A stretch of DNA of 64,000 bases from Hydrolagus colliei (lineage: Eukaryota): assembly GCA_035084275.1 (NCBI GenBank), contig CM068775.1:868001-932000 (forward strand). Reading direction: 5' to 3'. Positions 37,400 through 52,207 of the stretch are shown piece by piece; position 1 is the first letter of the stretch, and each line of letters opens with the position of its first letter. Below the pieces are notes generated by a model. That model did no database searches. It was not told the DNA's origin and saw only the letters and a list, made by a program, of their open reading frames with translations. A program made the position numbers and the translations under genes.

Positions 37400-38420
37400 A
37401 ACAACAACAACAACAAATTAGACTTATAGAATGCCTTTCACGTCGGGAGGACGTCCCAAGGCGCTGCACAGGGGATGTGTGACCCGAGCTGGGAGGGGAG
37501 GGGAGTGTTCGGGAGGCGGTAGAAAACATGGGGGAGGTCGAATAATTAGGGGGGAACTGAGGCATGGTCGGAAAGGAAAGTCTTCAAACCGGCCTTGAAA
37601 GAGGAAATGGAGGTAAGAAGTTGGAGGGATTGGGGGATGGAATTCCATGGAGTGAGAGCAGAGAAACTGAAGGCTCGGCCTCCGATGGTGGGGGGGTTCA
37701 GGCGGGGGGCTTGGAGCAAACCAAGTCCTGCTGAACGGAGGGTCTGGGTGGGCTTATAGGGAGAGAGTAAATCTGATAAAATGGGCAGGGCAAGGCTGTG
37801 TAAGGCCTGGAAAACGAGGAAAAGGATCTTGAAGTCGATCCTCTGGGGGATGGGGAGACAGTGGAGACGGGCGAGGGTGGGGGTTATGTGGTCACGGAGG
37901 CGGGTGCGGGATCAGCGCCTTGGGACGTCCTCCCGACGTGAAAGGCACTCTATAAATGTAATTTGTTGTTGTTGTTGTTGATAGTACACGGGCTGCAGAG
38001 TTTTGGATGACCTGCAGCCTGTGAATGGAGGAGCTGGGGAGGACGATGATGAGAGAGTTTCCGTAGTCCAGCCATGAGGTGATGTACGCGGGCACGAGTG
38101 TTTCGGCAGCTTGGGGGGTGAGGTAGTTGTGGAGCCTGGCAAATGTTGCGCAGGTGGAAAAAAGCGGTGCCGGTCATGGCACGGATGTGGGGGAGGAAGG
38201 AGAGTTTATGGTTGAATGTGATGCTGAGGTTCCTGACTGGCTTTGTGAGGTGGAGAGTACAGCCTTGGATGTTGAGGCTGGCAGCGCCCGATGTGTGGAT
38301 GCGCTGGCGTCAGCCAATGAGTAGGGCTTCGGTCTTGCTTACGTTCAATTGGAGGAAGTTGTCCCTCGTCCAGGACTCAATGTCGGACAGCCATGCTGTT
38401 ACAACATCGATGGTCTGACT
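37400..38420 (-). mobile_element. L2 LINE fragment (paralogues 48505-49290 and 58500-59450)
   Basis: SWLDYGNSL, CLSDIESWTRDNFLQLNV on the minus strand. Confidence 0.8.
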
Positions 38421-38913
38421 TAGTCTTAACTGTTCCTTCTTCAGAAGCTGCAATGGCGACTCCACTTTCCACTATCTTCCTTTCTTCGATCCCCCCTTTT
38501 ATGTTCATCAGGTGATCTTTTCACCCAGTTTCTTCTGCAAGAGGATTCATCTGCAAAACTAAATGTTGCTCAGCTGTCTCTCCACCTGCAGACCACCTCT
38601 CCATGGGAAACACACCGATAAGGCCTGGGAAACGGTTTGTCAACTTTAACCAGTTTGTTGTCTCTTCTGCAAAGCCGGTCACAACCAGCTCCCATCATTG
38701 TGAAGCCGGTCACAACAACAACAACAAAACTACACTAGTACCAGCTGCCAACACAAGCGAACGACCAATCACATATCTCAAATATCTATTGTTAATCTAA
38801 TTGATACATTAATTTATTACATTAACTACAGAGCTTACAGTAATGTTGGAAAGTTTCCCTGTTTGTGAAGATAGTCACCAATGTACGTGAAGTTGAACCG
38901 CGTTTGTCGCCAA

Positions 38914-39845
38914 TTACTTTCCTACCGTTTTCTCCTGCTGTTTTATCATTAGATTCGCAATGATATGAAAGGGATAAATGAACCCTTTCTTAAACTCCTC
39001 TCTGAACTTACTCTGAGTTAAAGCATATATACAGGTGTTTGCACAGCAATTCAACATTTGCAGCATGAATCCGGTATCTTGGACAATATATGGGGTGCTA
39101 TTGACCAATGTTTCGCTATAATCAAAATTGGAAAGTTGCCATATGACGGAATGTACAACATAAGTTGTCCACAAAACTATAAAACTGCCTGATATGGCGA
39201 ACAGTAAAATTATGGATTTTCTTCGGTTTTCCAACTCGGGATCAATTGTTTTCTCAGCATTTCTCTGACCCCGAAGCCTCCTGCGGACTTTACTGGCCAT
39301 CAGAATGTGTCTGATAATCATAATGTTGAACAGGCAAATCAAAGCAAACACAAACAGTGGATTAAAAACACGCATAAACCTTTCGTATAATTTCCAGGTG
39401 AGCAAAGTATAAAAGTTTGGTTTGAAGACACAGTACCACGGGGTATTGTTAATTATCAACTGAGGAACAAGTGAAAAGTAACAGGGAATGCTGACTGAGC
39501 AGCAAATAACACACAGAGTTACAATAACCACTGTCGCCGTTCTCTCCGTGCAATATGTTGGCTTCAGCTTTTGGCAGCAAATGGCGACAAATCGGTCAAA
39601 ACTGAAAGCAGCAGTGAACCACAAAGACATGAGAAATGCTGCAACCAGCAACACAAGTCTAACACTACACACTGGAGTGTAGAATAAGAAACTTAATGGG
39701 AAATACAGATTGTTAATTTTGTTCAACAACACATCTACGAATACAACCAGGAGATCCGTGGCTGCCATGGCCACCAGATAGCAAGTGATGCATTTTGAGA
39801 GACCACAGTTTCCTCTTGACAGGATCACAATCGCCAGCAAATTAA
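38914..39845 (-). CDS. Class A GPCR (GPR139-like) copy 1, exon 2
   Basis: Acceptor ctttcacacag|. Uninterrupted ORF with TM1 end to TM7, LAATD in TM2 (MAATD), DRF, NTCIY. Confidence 0.92.
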
Positions 39846-40129
39846 CTGTGTGAAAGTAAGAAAATAGGAAAAATTATTCACGTGAATACAGGTGTGAGAT
39901 GAGGAGCTTAGTGGTGTTTCATTTTTGGTTGCTTATCCTTTGAGTTGATTCAATTCCTTGAGAACATTGTCCATATCTCAAACCTTTAGCAAACCTTTCA
40001 TACAGATTCGAATTGTGGCCTTGTTGTAAGGAAGCCTGCATTAAAAAATCAGCTAAATTATTTCTCCAGATACTTTCCAAAGTGTTACTCTTGAACCTCA
40101 CCCTAGTTCACCAGCCACCTCCAGTTACT

Positions 40130-41760
40130 CAAAGATCAGTTGTCGGGCACTGAACGTACCCGTCTCAAATCTGGTCTAATGGTCCACTGGCATATCTGGC
40201 ACACCAAAAACTACCTCCCTGCTCTGGTCTCCAGCAAATTGTACTTCTACTCCAGGATAATCCAGGACAAACACAAATTCCTATTCTCCACAACAAATCA
40301 GCTCCTCCGCCCTTCCCCGTCCACCTCTCAGATTCTATCCTCCAACTCCCACTGTGAGGAGATGCTGGATGACCTTGAGTACAAAATCGAGCGAATCCAC
40401 TTCGCTGCCATCACACTTCCAACCTCTACCCCCACACACCACCCTCCCACACCCCAACATCTACCTATCCCTGCTCTGTTCAATTTGCCTGCTGCGTTTT
40501 GCCCACAAATATACAGTTAATTTTCCTACTCGTGTTCATCTTTCCCCGATCCCTCCCCCCATGCTCTTGCCCCTTTCAAACTGTACAGTGCCTTGGGCCG
40601 TCCTCTTGACATGAAAGGCGTGATATAAATGTAAATTTTGATTGATTGATTCATTGATTCGTTTATTCATTGACCCTAATTCAACACATTCAGAATAGAT
40701 GACGATGGGGAGAACCTGTCTCCCCATCCCCTGTCATCACAAACATATCTTCCACGAAGTCCACCACCTGCTCCCTGAATCCCATCCCGACTCGACTCCT
40801 TACCACCCAGCTCCGCCTCCTTACCCTACCACTTGCCGACACAGTCAACCTGTCCCTTTCATCCAAATCGTTCCCATCCTCTTCATAACAGCCACTATCA
40901 CATCAAGAAATCTTCCCATGATGTAATGGACCTTTCTCCTCCTGATTGGATCATGTCAGCAACTCCACAACTCAGGCACTGGCAGCATCGGCTTCCAATG
41001 CTACACTCTCCATCTCTTGAAGTCACCCAAGCCTGGGTGTCTTGTTCTACCCTTAATTGTCCTGCCTCCCCCATATCAACACCACTGCAATATTGCCAGA
41101 TGGCAGAACTGCCTCAACCGTCAGGTTACCAAACCCATTGTCCACACATTCATCACATCAAGGCACGACTATGGAAACTCCCTCCTCACTGTTGGTTCTG
41201 GCTCTTTCTTTCACAATCTGTGGAACATCCAGAATTTGCAGCTCATGTACTCTCCAGCACAAAGTTCTGTGACCACATCACTCCCACCCTTGCCCGGCTC
41301 CATTGCCTCAACATCCCCAGAGGATAAAATTCAAGATTCTCCTCCTCACTTCCAAGGCCATTCATGGCCTTGCCCCCTTCTATCTCTTCGACATTCTGTC
41401 CGCTTATGAAACTACCAGACCACCCTATTCAGTGGGCTCCGGTTTGCTCCATGTCCCCTACCCGACCCGCCCTACAAACGGTGCATGGGCTTTCAATATC
41501 TCTGCCCCCACACTCTGGAAGTCCATCCAACTTTCCCTGCATCTGCATCTACCTTGCTTCCTTCAATGCCGGTATTCAGGGTTGGTGCTCTTCTACCATG
41601 CCATCTGCTGCCCTCCCAACTCCCTCCCTCCCCTCCTAACTCTCTAAAGCCCAACCCCCCTACCCTGCCGCACTCCCTTACTTGTTCCCGACCTGACTGT
41701 TCGGCACCTTGGGACATCCTCCCAATGTGAAAGGCGCTCTATAAATGTAATTTTGTCACA
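40130..41760 (+). mobile_element. L2 LINE fragments in the GPCR intron (paralogue 61160-62870)
   Basis: IKFKILLLT, HITPTLARLH and L2-type tails. Confidence 0.7.
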
Positions 41761-42212
41761 TATATTTCCAAGAGAACAGAGATCTTTTGGCTCTTTGAGT
41801 CTGCACCAGCTCTCAGATCAAGTTGTACATTCAGATGCATAGCCCTGGTTATCCCCATTTCTGTAACCGCGTCCTGAAGCTGAGTGATTAGAGCATTCAC
41901 CAAGCGATGCATCTGTGTTCAATTCCAGGCAGGTCAGGACTAACCTTCAGCAAGTTTCCTCACTCCACCATTGGTTAATAATCCATTATCAACAGTTAAT
42001 AAAATTGATCATTTCAATCCAGGATAGTTTGTAGGACACGGAAACACACAATTAGCTCTCTCCTTTCGCCCACATTTACAAAGTCATTTCACTTTGCTGT
42101 ATATATTTTGAACTGTTTTGAGATTTCTAGAAGACATGATAAGCCACTATACAAAATGCCAATTGAACTAGTCTCTTCACAATTGCCATTCCATGAAAAC
42201 AAATAGAATTAC

Positions 42213-42282
42213 CCGGAATTGCAAATGCTACCAGAATGGGGTAGTAAATAGCTGCTATAGCGTACACTGTTGGAAATTCCAT
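42213..42282 (-). CDS. GPCR copy 1, exon 1
   Basis: MEFPTVYAIAAIYYPILVAFAIP+G|gtaatt (70 nt, phase 1). Joins exon 2 as ..IPVNLLAIVILSRG, giving 333 aa. Confidence 0.85.
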
Positions 42283-44275
42283 GCCCTGATTTACACTCTG
42301 GTGTAAAACTGGTTTTCCTGCTGAATTGGAGGCTTCAATCAACTCACTGAGCTCACACTGAGAGAAATTTGTACTTATAGTGAATGTGATGGTACATCTT
42401 GAATAATGATTGTAATGAATGCAATTAATTCCAGACCAGTGAATAAACAATAGTGTTTTCACATGAGAATTTCACACTGCTATGTAAACAGAGGTGTGTG
42501 GCTCAAGGAAACTTGCAAAATGTTTCATCCTGCTGGGAATCAAATCCAGGTCACTGGCTTACTTGGTGAGTGCTCTAAACACTGAGCTACACGACTGCAC
42601 AGTGTGAAATTTCGGGCGCAAATTATTTTTTAATTCAATATCTGAAAAAAAAATCATATTTCCTAAACTCTTTCACAATACTGCACTATCTTGGCCTCAT
42701 AGTAATGTAATACACAATAGGAATCCACAGAGTCAGAGGATCCTCTGTCTAATCATGATAATGCAACCACTTTACGCAACTAACTACTTTTGCATTTCTA
42801 CTGTCAGCGATTGTCAGTGAATCGGCAGCTGTGGCCTCTTCATAATCTTTGAATATAACAATCCTTGCACGTGATATAGCACCTTTTCATATCTTCTAGA
42901 CATTTCAAAGCACCTCACAGTATAAAACGTAATTATTGACTGTACATTGGTGGGCGAAACGTGGCAGCCAATTGCTTGCAGCTGTATCCCACAAACGATA
43001 GTGGATTGAAATGACCAATTTACTTATTGTTTTTTATGAGGGATTATGACCAGGCGTGTGGAGTGAGGAAACGTGCCCAAGTTTTCACCCTGACCCTCTG
43101 GGAAACACAACCACATATCTCACTGTTAAGACAAGTACACCAACCACTGAGCTACAGAACTCCACATCGAGCCACAGAAATTTACATCGAATGTTGATTT
43201 TCTGTAAGTAAACAATGAAATATCAACTCTACGTGTTTTGAGACCAATATCTAAGCCTTCATAATTCATCACATACCCACCTTCAAATAAAATATATCCG
43301 GTATTTATGTATCAAAGTTTCTTAATGAAATATATAAATAATTATGACCTATAATAACATCTTGTCAGCTGGGTGTCACAAACCCATTATCAAGCTTAAA
43401 GCAAGTTAGTGAGGTCCATACTACCCACACATGGGAATTGCTATGTTTGGAATGGAATAAACAAGCTTTACCAGGAGGACACATCCTGTTTACCTGATTC
43501 CAGACAGTATTTGGACCAGGTCAGCAAGACCCAAGGCTGAGGAACCAGAGTGTGAGCTTTGGGGAACTGCTGGAGTTTAACCAACTGAAACCACAGAGCT
43601 GAGAATTGAAAGCAGCCTCCGGTGTGTTTGTAATTTTTTTTGAATATTTCAGGAAAAGTATTGGTGATGGAAACAACAACAACAACAATTAATAATATTA
43701 ATCATCCTTGCATTTGATATTGCGTTTTCACATCTTATCAACGTGCCAAATTGCTTCACAGAATGTACTGTAAGGTGAATTGACTGTATATTTTTGGGTG
43801 AATCGTAGCAGCCAATTGCACTCAGCAGCGTCCCACAACCAGCCATGGATTGAAATGACCCATTTTTATTATTGTGGTTTTTTTTGGACGGCTTATTATT
43901 GGGCACATGGAGTAAGGAAACCTGCCCAAGGTTTCGCCCTGATCTGCCTGGATTCTAACACAGATCTCACACTTGTAAGGCGAGTGCTCTAACCACTGAG
44001 CTACAGGGCTCCACATATGTATTACATATGTATAGAGCCGCTCACGTCGGGAGGACATTCCAACACTATTGTAGGGAACAAATCTGTTTCTTTCGTTACG
44101 ACAACAGGTAATGTGATAAATAATATTTATATATCACATTTACATGCACAAATGTTTCGCCCACTGTTGAAATGTGTCTGCCCCATCACTTCAATGTCAC
44201 CAATGGTATTCTCTATTGACAAGGCACCAGCCTCTGGAAATCTATCTCAGTGTCTCCACCATGATCATTTCCTAT

Positions 44276-44400
44276 GACTGACTGACTGACTGACTGACTG
44301 ACTGACTGACTGACTGACTGACTGACTGACTGACTGACTGACGGACTGACTGACTGACGGACTGACTGACTGACGGACGGTCGGACGGTCGGATAGATGG
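44276..44400. repeat. (TGAC)n microsatellite
   Basis: More than 20 tandem GACT units degrading to gacg/gtcg variants. The equivalent site in unit B is an N gap. Confidence 0.95.
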
Positions 44401-44703
44401 ATGATTCACCTCATTTGATTACAAATAATGTCTCACGTTTCCACCAGGATTATTGTATGAATACACAGTTTGACTCATGATCAGCAACAAAAATTACACT
44501 CAGGACCTCCTCAACTCAAACAACCGACCACCTCAGCTTTCAGGGCACTGAGAGAATAGAGTTCCACAACAAGTGAGGTTAGAAAAGTATTGATGATGCC
44601 AGAAATCATGATTGTGGATTCCTGTAGCTCACCTTGTTAACGAGAGACCTGGGTTCTATTCCAGGCAGTGTTATGGGCCAAGTTTCCTTACTCACCACAC
44701 CTC

Positions 44704-45038
44704 TGTGTACGAAATGTAGAGCAGCCATTCCAGCCCCTTCCCAGGAACCTGCCGGACCCAGTTCATGCCATATTTGCTGAGATCAAACCCGCTGGTTCTA
44801 CAGGTGAGTCTCAGGGCCTGGCCAGGTTCCCGGTTAGAGACGACGGCTGTGTCAGCACCACATCGGCCTGGACACCTGTAAAGAACAAATGACCGAAGAT
44901 TAATTATTGTGAGATATCCCGGCTCTGTGACATTGCAGAGAGAATAACACACACACACACACAGTCAGACTTGTCCCAATAATAGAGCTCACGGGAGAAG
45001 AGAGCCAGCAACAGACTGAGAGATATCAGGGACCTCAT
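44704..45038 (-). pseudogene. VH2: leader (45038-44993) plus 5' half of VH, frameshifted
   Basis: Intact leader and acceptor (44875). 1-bp deletion near 44827 relative to VH1 and VH3. VH homology stops at CDR2 (44704). Confidence 0.88.
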
Positions 45039-48000
45039 GTTTCTGGGCAATTGTCAGAACTGACCCTTGAGCCCAATAACCGAGGGACAAAGATCTGCCG
45101 GATGGACAGTTGGCCTCAGTCCCCAGTGACCGCTATTTAACAAGGGGCATTGGGGCCAGGTGTTTGGAGAATGGACCAACAGCTACAGGACTGAGGGGAG
45201 TCACGCCTCACATTCCCTTGGACCTGCACAGATCAATAATTGTACCCTATACATTCGGCATTGACAGCAACTTCATATTAATATAAGTGTCAATAATATT
45301 AGCCCCAGCACCGACCCAGAAGCCTCATGAATTGTTTCCTTTAATGTGTGTGTGTGTGTGTGTGTGTGAGTGGAGTAATTGGTAAGTTCAACACAAACCT
45401 ACGGGAACCCTATTTCAGTGAGTGACTGTTAAAGTTAGGGAAACAGTGGCAGCAGAAAAAAATAGAAGCCCTGGGTTAATTTTGAAAATAATATTTTGTG
45501 ATACAGTACATTGTTGAGGACATGACAAGTATGTGTGACGGCCAGGATGGTGGAAGGCAATCCAGATGGACCTTTGTCTTTTGTGCTACAATTATTATTT
45601 TCTTTTGTTTACATAATAATGTTTTTGATCATAAACCTTGCATTTGACATAATGCCTTTTCATGTTATTGAAATGTCTAAAGGAACTACACAAAATGCAT
45701 TATAAAATGTAGTAACTGTTTATTTTATGTGCAATAATTAACATTGTGCCTTAATTAAAATATTTATTATTTCCTATAGTTTAGTGATGTTCTGATCATC
45801 TGCAGATGATTACTCCCTGTTTCCTGCTCTTTCAATCCTGATTTCACATCACATATGGGCATGAAGGCGTGAATCCTCTTGTTACTTCAACATGCATTTT
45901 GATGTGGATATATTCATATTAAAAAAATTATGTTCCTGGCAATATTAATCACTTTCTTTCTATTTTATCACTTGTCGATGTGTCCTTCCTCCTACTTTCC
46001 TCTCTGTTCTCTTACATTTAAGGAAGTCTATCTTATTGTCTGTGTCGATGTCAAACATGGGCACAATAATTATCTCTGGATTGGAAGATAATGGGAATGA
46101 ATTCAGCCTTCAGTCCACTTATAATAATAATCCTCTCTGTTCACAGTCGCTGCATTTACTGAAATCACAAGCTTGATTGGTTATGAAATAGTGCAATGGT
46201 GGTGAACGGTTTGATGTGGCGGCTCATGATTTCAAGCCAGACATGAAATGTTCTCTTGGGGTGAGAAGCCAGGCGGGGAGGGCTGCTGGTGCAGTGGGAG
46301 CCCAGTGTAATGTCAGACCAGTCACACTCCTTCAGGACAAGGGGGAGAAGGAAACTGGGAAGAAATAACGTGAAGCTTGTATCAGAAGTGGTTTCAGTAA
46401 TTTATTATTATTTTATTATCTTGATCGCTTATTATCAGAAGTGTGGTGTAAGGAAACTTGCCCAAGGCTTTGTCCTGCCAGGTATCAAACCCTAGTCTAT
46501 GGCTTGCGAGGTGAGTGCTCTAACCCCTGAGCTACAGGACTCTACAGTGAGACTTGAGGATCCACCGCTGAATCTTGAATTCTCCTTTGGGCACTGGATC
46601 TGGAAACTGTACAAGATCTACAAGGCCTCCTATCGTACAGCAAACCTATGAGCACAACATCAATCCCACATGACAGGAAACTAGTCATTACAGTGGATTC
46701 CTGTAGCTCAATGGTTAGAGCCCTCGACTTTCAAGCGTCAGACTTGTGTTTCGATTCCTGGCAGGGCGATGCCTTGGGCAAGTTTCGTTACTCCACATGT
46801 TGAATAATAATGCATCCCAAAGAAACCTATAACAATTTGGTCGTTTCAATCCAGGACATGGCTTTGTGCAATTAGCTTTGTGCAATTAGAGACCATTTCA
46901 TATCGGGAGGACGTCCGAAGGGGCTGAACAGTCAGGTCAGGACCTGAGCCGGGAAGAAGGGCAATGTAGGGGGAAGGAGTTGAGAGAGTTCGGAGGGACA
47001 AAAGAGTGATAAGAAAGGAGGGAGAGAGTTGGGCGAGCAAAAGAAGGCACATTCAAAGAGGAGACTCTTGAGACCAGCATTGAAGGAGGCGAGGGAGGGA
47101 GCGAGGTGAAGGGAATCTACGATGGAGTCCCAGAGAGAGAGGGCAGAGAGGCTTTAAGCCCAGCTGCTGATGGTACGGCGTGTCGGGTGAGGGATATGGA
47201 GCAGGCTGGAGCCCGCTGAATATAGGGGTGGGCAGGTTCATAGTGGGACAGTAAGTCAAAAAGATAGGAGGGGAAAGTCCATGAATGGCCTTGAAAGTGA
47301 AGACGAGGAACTTGATTTAGATCCTCTAGGGGATGGTAGACGGGCGAAGTGATGTGGTCATGGAGCTTGGTGCAGGTGCAACTTCAGCAAAAAATACCAA
47401 ACATGAACATAATAACACAAGAAATAAGAGCTGGTGTAGGCCATTCAGCCCCTCAAGCTTGTTCTGCTTCTTACTAAGATCATAGCAGATCTTCTAACTC
47501 AGTTCCATTTGCCAATCCTATTCTGATATCCCTATATGCCTCTCTCCTTTACAAATCTATCAATCTCAGTCTTAACAGATACAAGGATTGAGCATCTACA
47601 GCCTCATGGGGTAGAGAATTCCATGGTCACATTCGAACAGCAGCCGAATCATTATCACATCCAGTGCCTGGAGCGGCTCACATGTGAGGGGGACCTCTGG
47701 CCAGGCTGACCTGAGGCTTTGGTTACTTTATCATTGTGGATTTCAACCTCAATGGCCACAAGGTCCAATGCGAGGCCTGATGCCGCGGAGATGACCAGGG
47801 ACTCACCCTCAGCTGGTCTGAAGCACCATCACCACAATCACTGAATCACTGAGGCCTCAACCAACCAGAACCCGGCAGCCATGTGATGTCATGCCGCACA
47901 CGTCATTAGAATTTCCCAGCCCTGGACTCACTGAGAAAACAGCCGTTATATCCACACCAGCCCAGAGGGCAAACACTGCCTCACTGACCACCACTGCCCA

Positions 48001-49800
48001 CCTCTCTCCAAACCCCCAACACTGTCTGATCCTAGTCATAGCACTGCTTCCCCAAAATGCTCTTGTCCCTATCCCCCACACTCCACTATTCCCAATCACC
48101 ATTCCTCTCGCTCCAACAGCTCTGATTCCTATTATTGCTTGACCTTTCCACAGCCTTCCTCTGACCCACTCTTCAAATTCTCCATTGCGCTCACCATGGC
48201 AGCTGCCACTGTCTGTCCGACTGCAGCCACCCTGACTAACCCATCCCACACTCTGTAACTCCAGCTGTGCTCCCAATACTCTGCCTCCTCTTGCCTGAAT
48301 TCCACCTCTCCCCTGTGCTTGGTTCCCAAATGCTGACTGATCAGTGCCTTGGGACGTCCTTCCGACATGAAAGACGCTCTATCAATTTAATCGTGTTGTC
48401 ACTGTTACTACATTTGGAAGGAAACAGTACATAATTTATATCTCCTCATCATGTAAGGGTTATTTAGTCCTGTGATGGCCCTGGTGAAATACAGAATGAC
48501 ACAAATATCGAAAAGGAAAGTCTTCAAACTGGCCTTGAAAGAGGAAAGGGAGGTAACAAGGTGGAGGGATTGGGGAATGGAATTCCATGGAGTGAGAGCG
48601 GAGAAACTGAAGGCCCGGCCTCCGATGGTGGTGCGGTTCGGGCGGGGGGCTTGGAGCAAACCAAGTCCTGCTGAACGGAGGGTCTGGGTGGGCTTATAGG
48701 GGGAGAGTAAATCGGATAGATAGGGCCGGGAAGGCCGTGTAAGGCCTTGAAAACGAGGACAAGGATCTTGAATTCGATCCTCTGGGGGATGGGGAGACAG
48801 TGGAGACGGGCGAGGGTGGGGGTTATGTGGTCACGGAGGCGGGTGCGGGAAAGTACACGGGCTGCAGAGTTTTGGATGACCTGCAGCCTGTGAATGGAGG
48901 AGCTGGGGAAGACGATGATGAGAGAGTTTCCGTAGTCCAGCCATGAGGTGATGTACACGGGCACGAGTGTTTCGGCAGCGTGGGGGTTGAGGTAGTTGCG
49001 GAGCCTGGCAAATGTTGTGCAGGTGGAAAAAAGCGGTACCGATCAAGGCACGGATGTGGGGGAGGAAGGAGAGTTTATGGTCGAATGTGATGCCGAGGTT
49101 CCTGACTGGCTTTGTGAGATGGAGACTACAGCCTTGGATGTTGAGGCTGGCAGCGCCCGATGTGCGGAGGCGCTGGCTTGAGCCAATGAGGAGGGCCTCG
49201 GTCTTGCTCACGTTCAATTGGAGGAAGTTGTCCCTCGTCCAGGACTCAATGTCGGACAGACATGCTGTCCCAACAACGATGGTCTGAATTAGTCTTGACT
49301 GTTCCTTCTTCAGAAGCTGCAATGGCGACTCCAAGTTCCACTATCTTCTTTTCTTTCTTCTTTGATTCCCAAATCGATCCCCCTTTTATGGTCATCAGAT
49401 GATCTTTTCGTCCAATTTCTTCTGCAAGAGGGTTCCTCTACAAAACTAAATGTTGCTCAGCTGTCTCTCCTCCTGCAGACCACCTCTCCATGGGAAACAC
49501 ACAGATAAGGCCTGGGAAACGGTTTGTCAACTTGAACCAGTTTGTTGTCTCTTCTGCGAAGCCGGTCACAATCAGATCCCATCATTGTGAAGCCGGTCAC
49601 AACAACAACAACAAAACTACACTTGTACCAGCTGCCAACAGAAGCAAACGACCAGTCACATATCTCAAATATCTATTGTTAATGTAATTGAGACACTAAT
49701 TTAATACATTAACTACAGATCTTACAGTAATGTTGGATAGTTTCCCTGTTTGTGAAGATAGTCACCAATGTAGGTGAAGTTGAACCGCATTTGTCGCCAA

Positions 49801-50732
49801 TTACTTTCCTACCGTTTTTTCCTGCTGTTTTATCATTAATTTCGAAATGATATCAAAGGGATAAACTAACCCTTTCTTAAACTCCTCTCTGAACATAGTC
49901 TGAGTTAAAGCATATATACAGCTGTTTGCACAGCAATTCAACATTTGCACCATGACTCCGGTTTCTTGGACAATATATCGTGTGTTATTGACCAATGTTT
50001 CGCTATAATTATAATTGGAAAGTTGCCATATGACAGAATGTACAACATAAGTTGTCCACAAAACTATAAAACTGCCTGATATGGCGAACAGTAAAATGAT
50101 GGATTTTCTTCGGTTTTCCAACTCGGGATCAATTGTTTTCTCAGCATTTCTCTGACCCCGAAGCCTCCTGCGGACTTTACTGGCCATCAGAATGTGTCTG
50201 ATAATCATAATGTTGAATAAGCAAATCAAAGCAAACACAAACAGTGGATTAAAAACACGCATAAACATTCCGTATAATTTCCAGGTGAGCAAAGTATAAA
50301 AGTTTGGTTTGAAGACACAGTACCACGGGGTATTGTTAATTATCAACTGAGGAACAAATGAAAAGTAACAGGGAATGCTGACTGAGCAGCAAATAACACA
50401 CAGAGTTATAATAACCACTGTGGCCGTTCTCTCCGTGCAATATGTTGGTTTCAGCTTTTGGCAGCAAACGGCGACAAATCGGTCAAAAGTGAAAGCAGCA
50501 GTGAACCACAAAGACATGAGAAATGCTGCAGCCAGCAACACAAGTCTAACACTACACACTGGAGTATAGAATAAGAAACTTAATGGGAAATACAGATTGT
50601 TAATTTTGTTCAACAACACATCCACGAATACAACCAGGAGATCCGTGGCTGCCATGGCCACCAGATAGCAAGTGACACATTTTGAGAGACCACAGTTTCC
50701 TCTTGACAGGATCACAATCGCCAGCAAATTAA
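49801..50732 (-). CDS. Class A GPCR (GPR139-like) copy 2, exon 2
   Basis: Intact ORF colinear with copy 1. DRF, NSCIY. Confidence 0.92.
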
Positions 50733-51570
50733 CTGTGTGAAGGAAAGAAAATAGGAAAAATTATTCACGTGAATACAGGTGTGAGATGAGGAGCTTAGTG
50801 GTGTGTCATTTTTGGTTGCTTATCCTTTGAGTTGATTCAATTCCTTGAGAACATTGTCCATATCTCAAACCTTTAGCAAACCTTTCATACAGGTTGGAAT
50901 TGTGGCCTTGTTGTAAGGTAGCAAGGTAGCCTGCATTAATCAATCATCAAAATTATTTCTCCTGATTCTTTCCAAAGTGTTACTCTTGAACCTAACCCTA
51001 GTTGACCAGCTAACTTCAGTTACTCAAAGATCAGTTGTCGGGCACTGAACGTACCTGTCTCAAATCTGGTCTAATCGTCCACTGGCATATCTGGCACACC
51101 AAAAACTACCTCCCTGCTCTGGTCTCTAGCAAATTGTACTTCTACTCCAGGATAATCCAGGACAAACACAAATTCATATACTCCACAACAAACCAGCTCC
51201 TCCACCCTTCCCCGTCCACCGCTCAGATCCTCTCCTCCAACTCCCACTGTGAGGAGATGCTGGAAGACCTTGAGTCCAAAATCGAGGGAATCCACTTAGC
51301 TGCCATCACCCTTCGAACTTCTGCCCCCACGCTCCACCCTCCCACACCCCAACATCTACCTATCCCTGCTCTGTGTAATTTGCCTGCTGCGTTTTGCCCA
51401 CAAATATACAGTTAATTTTCCTACTCGTGTTCCTCTTGCCCCGATCCGTCCCTCAATGCTCTTGTCCCTACCAAACTATAGAGTGCCTTGAGCCGTCCTC
51501 TTGATGTGAAAGGCGTGATATAAATGTAAGTTTTGATTCATTGATTCATTGATTCATTGACCCATTGATT

Positions 51571-52207
51571 CAAGGAGATTGGTTCCAGCCCTGTTCAGGT
51601 GTAACCCATCCATTTTGTACAGGTTCCACCTACCCCAGAATTGGTCCCAATGGTCTAGGAACCAGAAACCCTCCTTCCTACACCACTTCTCCAGCCATGC
51701 ATTGATGTGCCTTATTCTAGCATTCTGGAACTGGCTTGCTCGAGGCACTGGAAGCAACCCAGAGATCACCACTCTCGAAGTTCCACTTTTCAGTTTACTC
51801 CCTAGTCTCTGATACTCTCCCTGGAGCATCTCAGGTCTTTTCCTCTCAACTTCATGGGTCCCAACATGGACCACCACAAGTGGATTTTCCCCTTCCCCTA
51901 GCAGAATTTCATGCACCCGCTCAGTCAAGTCTTCAACCCTGGCACCTGGTAGGCAACACACCTTCCGAGATTCGCGTTTCCGTTCACAAAAACGCCTATC
52001 TATACCTCGGACAGTTGTATCTCCTATTAAAATGGTCTTTATCGAGTTGGTTTGTCCAACCTTCTCACAGACCTCATTATCCAAACAGGTTGAAAGTACT
52101 TCATACCTGTTGGAAATGGTTACAGTCTGGGGTTTCTCTGCATGATTATTGTGGCTCCGCATACCCGGTCGTCTGACTGTCACCCAGTCCTGACCGTGGC
52201 TGGCAAC
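51571..52207 (-). mobile_element. Isolated CR1 ORF1 fragment (SGNH/GDSL esterase domain)
   Basis: WVTVRR..ISNRYEVL..LIGDTTVRG..CLPGARV..VVHVGTHE..VISGLLPVP..DGLHLN is a typical CR1 ORF1 esterase. Lacks ORF2 and the 3' tail. Confidence 0.85.

Noticed and set aside
39488-39682. Plus-strand ORFs repeated at 50375 and 60532
   Set aside because: Antisense shadows of the GPCR coding exon.
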